A stretch of 64,000 nucleotides of DNA from NCBI GenBank assembly GCA_958009085.1, contig OY253673.1, forward strand, positions 930,001 through 994,000. Direction: 5' to 3'. Under the pieces are notes generated by a model, which had not been told where the DNA came from, made no database searches, and saw only the letters and a list, made by a program, of their open reading frames with translations. Positions 60,132 to 64,000 of this stretch are shown here, one piece after another; position 1 is the stretch's first letter, and each line of letters begins with the position of its first letter. The DNA comes from Protoeuglena noctilucae (lineage: Eukaryota). The translations under genes and the position numbers were made by a program.

Positions 60132-60542
60132 CGCTCGCGGCCTACATGCACGGAGGTGGAGCTCAGCTGCGAAGACCGCTGCGGAGATCGCGCCCAAACC
60201 AGGCGCCCATGGCACAAAGACAGGCTATCCACGGTGTCTCTCTTCTGTAGATCACCGAGCCATGCATGAGTGAAGGCCGGGAGCTCCTGGGAAACAAAGG
60301 TCTCGCGGCGGCGGCGGTATACCTGCGGGGAGTCGTCAGTTGGAAAGACCCTGACCTTCAGCTTGGCTGCCTCCGTCCCTCTCGCAATTCGGCCCCGTCA
60401 GTGCTGCCTCGCGCGTAGGTGCTCGTCGCCGTCACATTTGTGGGACGCGGCTTGGAAAAACATCTCGGGCACGCTTTGACCAGCCGCACCTCGAACCGGA
60501 ATGGTTCGAGTCTGACTTCATCTGGGCAGGCCGGGCTCACTC

Positions 60543-61656
60543 ATGGGCCGCAAGGACGCCCAGGCGTCCGTTCCCTTCCACCTCGATGACCTCCCCATAG
60601 ACGCCCTGACGCCCCAAGGGAAGCGCCGTGACGGGCGCTCGCACAATGAGCTCAGGTAACAATGAAGTTTCTCTCGCGGTCCCGGCGAGGGGCGTAGACC
60701 CCAGAGTGACCCGCCCGCCCATCATGCACGCGGGCCCGGCTGCGCCGGTGGATGTAAGGCCGTCTGCGAGGACCGTGTGGCGAAGGATGACCCTTTGTGG
60801 ATACCGCAGGGGGTTCTTTTTCAGGGTGGGCACCGTCAGCCGCGCGCAAGGGAGCTGTTACGCCGAGTTGGGGTCTACAAAGGTGATGGTGGGCGTCTAC
60901 GGTCCCCGGCAGACGCACCGGAGCCAGGGTTATTCGGACCAGGGCTCGCTCTTCTGCGACGTCAAGTTTGCGAACTTCGCCACGCGGCAGAGGACGGAGT
61001 CGGGCCAATCGCCGGAGGTGCGGGGCAGCTCATGCAACGCCCCCCTCTTTCATGGGAAGCGACACCCTTCCCATGATTCCCGCTGATTCCTTCCGAATCG
61101 GCAACACCAGCCTGCTTCCAGGAGAAAGAGCTATCCGCCGTCCTCCACCGGTCCCTGGTGGGTGCTGTGAAGCTGTCGGCCTATCCCAAGTCCACCATCA
61201 ACATCTTTGTCACGGTGCTGGAGAGCGGCGGCAGCGACGTGGGGCTCGTCATCACGGCGGCAGCGCTGGCGCTTGCGGATGCGAGCGTGGAGCTCCTCGA
61301 TGCCGCCGCTTCGTGCTGCGTCTCCAGGCATGGGCAGGTGCGTACGGAAGAACCGGAGCGAGGCCAGGCGTGACGGCAGGTGCTTGCCAAGGGCTCCGTT
61401 GACGATTGTGTGTTCGGAGCGTCTGCTTGCCCCGTTGGCGCAGTACCTGCTACTGGACCCAACGGGGGCGGAGGAGGCGGCGGCGGAAGGGACGGTGACC
61501 CTGGCATTCCTGCCGTCGCTGGCAAAGGTATCGCAGCTCTCAAGTACAGGTAGCTGGTCGCAAACGGCGTTCAATCAGGCTGTCCAGCTTGCCGTGGGTG
61601 GGTGTCTGCGCCTGGGCACCGCTTTGCGGGAGGTCTTGGTGGCCTCCGTTGCTTAG
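60543..61656 (+). CDS. MTR3: Exosome complex RNase PH subunit MTR3/RRP41L
   Basis: RRDGRSHNELR|GFFFRVGTVSRAQGSCYAELGSTKVMVGVYGPR, YPKSTINIFVTVLESGGSD, AALALADASVELLD, LLDPTGAEE. Confidence 0.85.
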
Positions 61657-61998
61657 GAGCTACGCTCGGCGTACCGTGCGGCGCATTACACCCGAGAATC
61701 GACACGCGCGAGGGGCCCTCCCCACGCCCTGGCCCAGCCTGCATGAAAGCGCGTTTGTGTCACTGACGCTTGGCTTACCTGGCGCGCCGTACAAATTATC
61801 CTGCGGTCAACTCAGTCCTGCAACTTATGGTGCGGTAGAGACGAGCCGGGCGGTGGTTTCTTGAAAGCGAGGCCGCTGTGGGTAGTCTGGGATCAATCAT
61901 CACGCATACCCGCCGCCCTGAGAAGACTCTGAGCCGAGTTGAAGCGGCTTTGTTTTCTCCGCGACTTACGATTGTGTGGAGAGCTGGAGGCGTGGAGA

Positions 61999-63624
61999 AT
62001 GCAACTCGCAGGTGCGCTGCGCTCGCAATCGCCCAGGTGCAGCAAATCGCGACTCTGCGAGCGAAAAGACCAGCGGATCGTCGCCGGTGTGCAACCCAAT
62101 TCACGTCATATACATGTCCTTGGATACGTAGCCGTGAACGGGCCCTCCATGCGCTCCATCGCGCGGGCTAAGCTGGGTCGCCCCAGCGGACGTACGTCCC
62201 TGAGGGTGAAGGCGTTCTTCAACACGGGCCCCAAGAAATCGGCCAGTTCGCAGGCCCCTGCTGATACGAAGAAGGTGAGGGGCGTGAATGGTGGCGGTGA
62301 GCGCCGCGAAGGGCGCCCACGACCCTGGATGGCACCCGCATCCTGGGACTCCCGCAGGCTGCGCCGCTGTTCGGCGGCCTTCTCAAGTCGCCGAAGGGCG
62401 CTGCTACCATTGCAGAGGAACGCGTGAAAGCAGCGGAGAAGGTGACGGGCGGCGGGGGAAGTCGTTCTCTTGCCGTTCTCTCTGCCCAACTTTCCCGGCG
62501 ACGCACATGCGATCTTGGCTTTCTTTGCAGACCCGCAAGAGCATCTTCGGCACGTCCGGCACGAAGCAAAGCTCGGGTCAGCCCGGCCGCCAGTCGCCAG
62601 CGCAAGACCAGCGCGCTCGGGCGCAGGCTGCAGCTGAGGAGCGCAAGCGCCAGGCGGAGGAGCAGCGCGCTCGGGCGCAGGCCGCGGCCAAAGAGCGCAA
62701 GCGCCAGGCAGAGGAGCAGAGGGCTAGGGCGCAGGCTGCGGCGGAGGAGCGCAAGCGCCAGGCGGAGGAGCAGCGGGCTCGGGCGCAGGCTGCTGCTGAG
62801 GAGCGCAAGCGCCAAGCGGAGGAGCAGCGCCGTAAGCAGCAGGAGGCGATGTTGGCTGCGCAAAAGGCGGCGGCGGAGCGCAAGGCGGCACTGGCCCGGG
62901 CGAGCGGGAGTGCCAAGGTGGCTACTGGGAGTGCCAAGGTGCCCGCTGGAAGCGCCAAGATGCAGACCTTTGCTGGGTCGGCCAAGGTTGCTGCTCGCCC
63001 TGGCACCGCCCGCGGCACCGCCCGTGGGGAGGCCAAGAGTGCGTCAGGCACCGCGACGCGAGCGGCCTTTGGCCTCTTTGGGCAGCCCAAGGCAGTGTCT
63101 ACGGCATCCCAGTCGCCCGTGGACGACAAGAAGAGGCAGATGGAAGAGGTGGGGATGCTCCGCGGTAACGGTGGTAGGCTGGCCCCAGCGCGCTGTCGCT
63201 CTGACCCCCCTACTGGTGGCCCACGACGCCGCAGGAGCTCGCTAACACGCGCAGCGCGGCATCAGAGCAGGCAGAAGAGCTGAGGGAGGCACGGAAGCTT
63301 CTGCAGGAGGCGCAGCGGGAGGTGCAGCAGGCCGCTCGCAGCGTCCAGGGGCCCCAGGCGGCCGTGGACAAGGCTGGGCGCCGCCGGTCCCTTCTGGAGG
63401 AGGAGTCCCAGAAACTGATGGGCGCGCTCGAGGAGGCAACGCAGGTGAGCCGCTCGCTTCTGGCAGTCCCACTGGGGGCCTCCGTGCTCTGGCCGGATCG
63501 AGACGGCCGGGAGCGCCGCAAACAGAACGGGCCCGTGTTCCTGCCGCAGAGGCTGGCGCAGCTGAAGAGGGACCGCCAGGCGCTGCAGCAGGAGCTGAGC
63601 AAGCCCGTCGTGCCGCTGAACTGA
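61999..63624 (+). CDS. Plastid-targeted coiled-coil tandem-repeat protein of unknown function
   Basis: Transit-peptide-like MQLA|AVNGPSMRSIARAKLGRPSGRTSLRVKAFF; four 18-aa repeats QRARAQAAAEERKRQAEE; four GSAK(V/M) repeats; C-terminal coiled coil ending KPVVPLN*. Confidence 0.65.
62609..62830 (+). repeat. Coding tandem repeat, 54 nt x4
   Basis: Unit cagcgcgctcgggcgcaggctgcagctgaggagcgcaagcgccaggcggaggag, with mostly synonymous differences between copies. Confidence 0.92.
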
Positions 63625-63672
63625 CTTCGTCACTGCGCGCTCAAGCGTTGAAAGGATCCCTAGGCCGTGCAT

Positions 63673-63982
63673 CTACCACTGGTCCCCGTACTTTTCCTTC
63701 GCGAGGCGGTTGTACTCGGCGTACCACTCCTGCTCGTTCGACATCCGGTTCCACTCGCCGACCTGCAGGTGTCGATGCGACGAATGCTCTGCCTCTGCGC
63801 GACGCAGCTGCCCCGCCGTGCCAGCGCCGGTCGCCGCATACCTTCCATGGAATGACGAAGGCGACGCCCATCGCGCAGCCCATCAAAATCTCGCGCACGA
63901 CGTTGCCCGCCTTGTGGAACTCGTTGTGGTCGCGAACCAGGCTCGGCACGGGCACCTGCTTGGCCACGCGCACGGCCGAGCC
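63673..63982 (-). CDS. COX5C: Cytochrome c oxidase subunit 5c-like (5' partial)
   Basis: GNVVREILMGCAMGVAFVIPWK|VGEWNRMSNEQEWYAEY resembles plant COX5C (PSVVKE..IG..LG...G.LWK..HWN); stop TAG at 63673-63675. Confidence 0.65.
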
Positions 63983-64000
63983 TGCAGTCGGGTCAGAGGC

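Noticed and set aside
61773..61940. CTTACCTGGC resembling the 5' end of U1 snRNA
   Set aside because: No properly spaced GATCA loop I, ATTGCAC loop II, Sm site or terminal stem-loop follows.
62609..62830. Tandem array as a possible CRISPR
   Set aside because: There are no unique spacers, the units are in-frame coding repeats, the context is eukaryotic and no cas genes are present.
1..64000. Hundreds of long overlapping or antisense ORFs in the six-frame track
   Set aside because: Expected from very high GC and stop-poor shadow frames; they carry no recognisable motifs.
1..64000. Stop-codon reassignment or pseudogenisation to explain broken ORFs
   Set aside because: Interruptions are resolved by GT-AG or GC-AG introns, and TAG, TGA and TAA all appear as genuine terminators.

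Overview
Gene-dense, very GC-rich eukaryotic nuclear DNA, most consistent with a flagellated chlorophyte green alga (plastid VTE3, plant-type UCP1, COX5C, RRP41L, kinesin-2, MSH5); the species cannot be determined from the window. About 27 intron-rich protein-coding genes can be reconstructed by hand, with short introns (mostly 80-190 nt), largely alternating strands and very short convergent gaps. No rRNA, tRNA, CRISPR or transposon was recognised. The most striking signal is in the splicing grammar. At least 23 introns can only be restored to a conserved reading frame with a non-canonical GC donor (consensus AG|GCRAG), about one intron in six by rough count. In addition, SAM synthetase has a 9-nt micro-exon, and PRIM2 and MSH5 each have adjacent introns with near-duplicate junction sequences. 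Other points of interest are a three-domain FAD-oxidase/cyclopropane synthase/membrane-domain fusion, a hidden 4-exon secreted EF-hand microprotein ending 8 nt from the PTH stop, a plastid-targeted tandem-repeat protein and a nucleus-encoded mitochondrial S1-like protein. Gene spans are manual splice reconstructions without transcript data; 5' ends are the least certain part.
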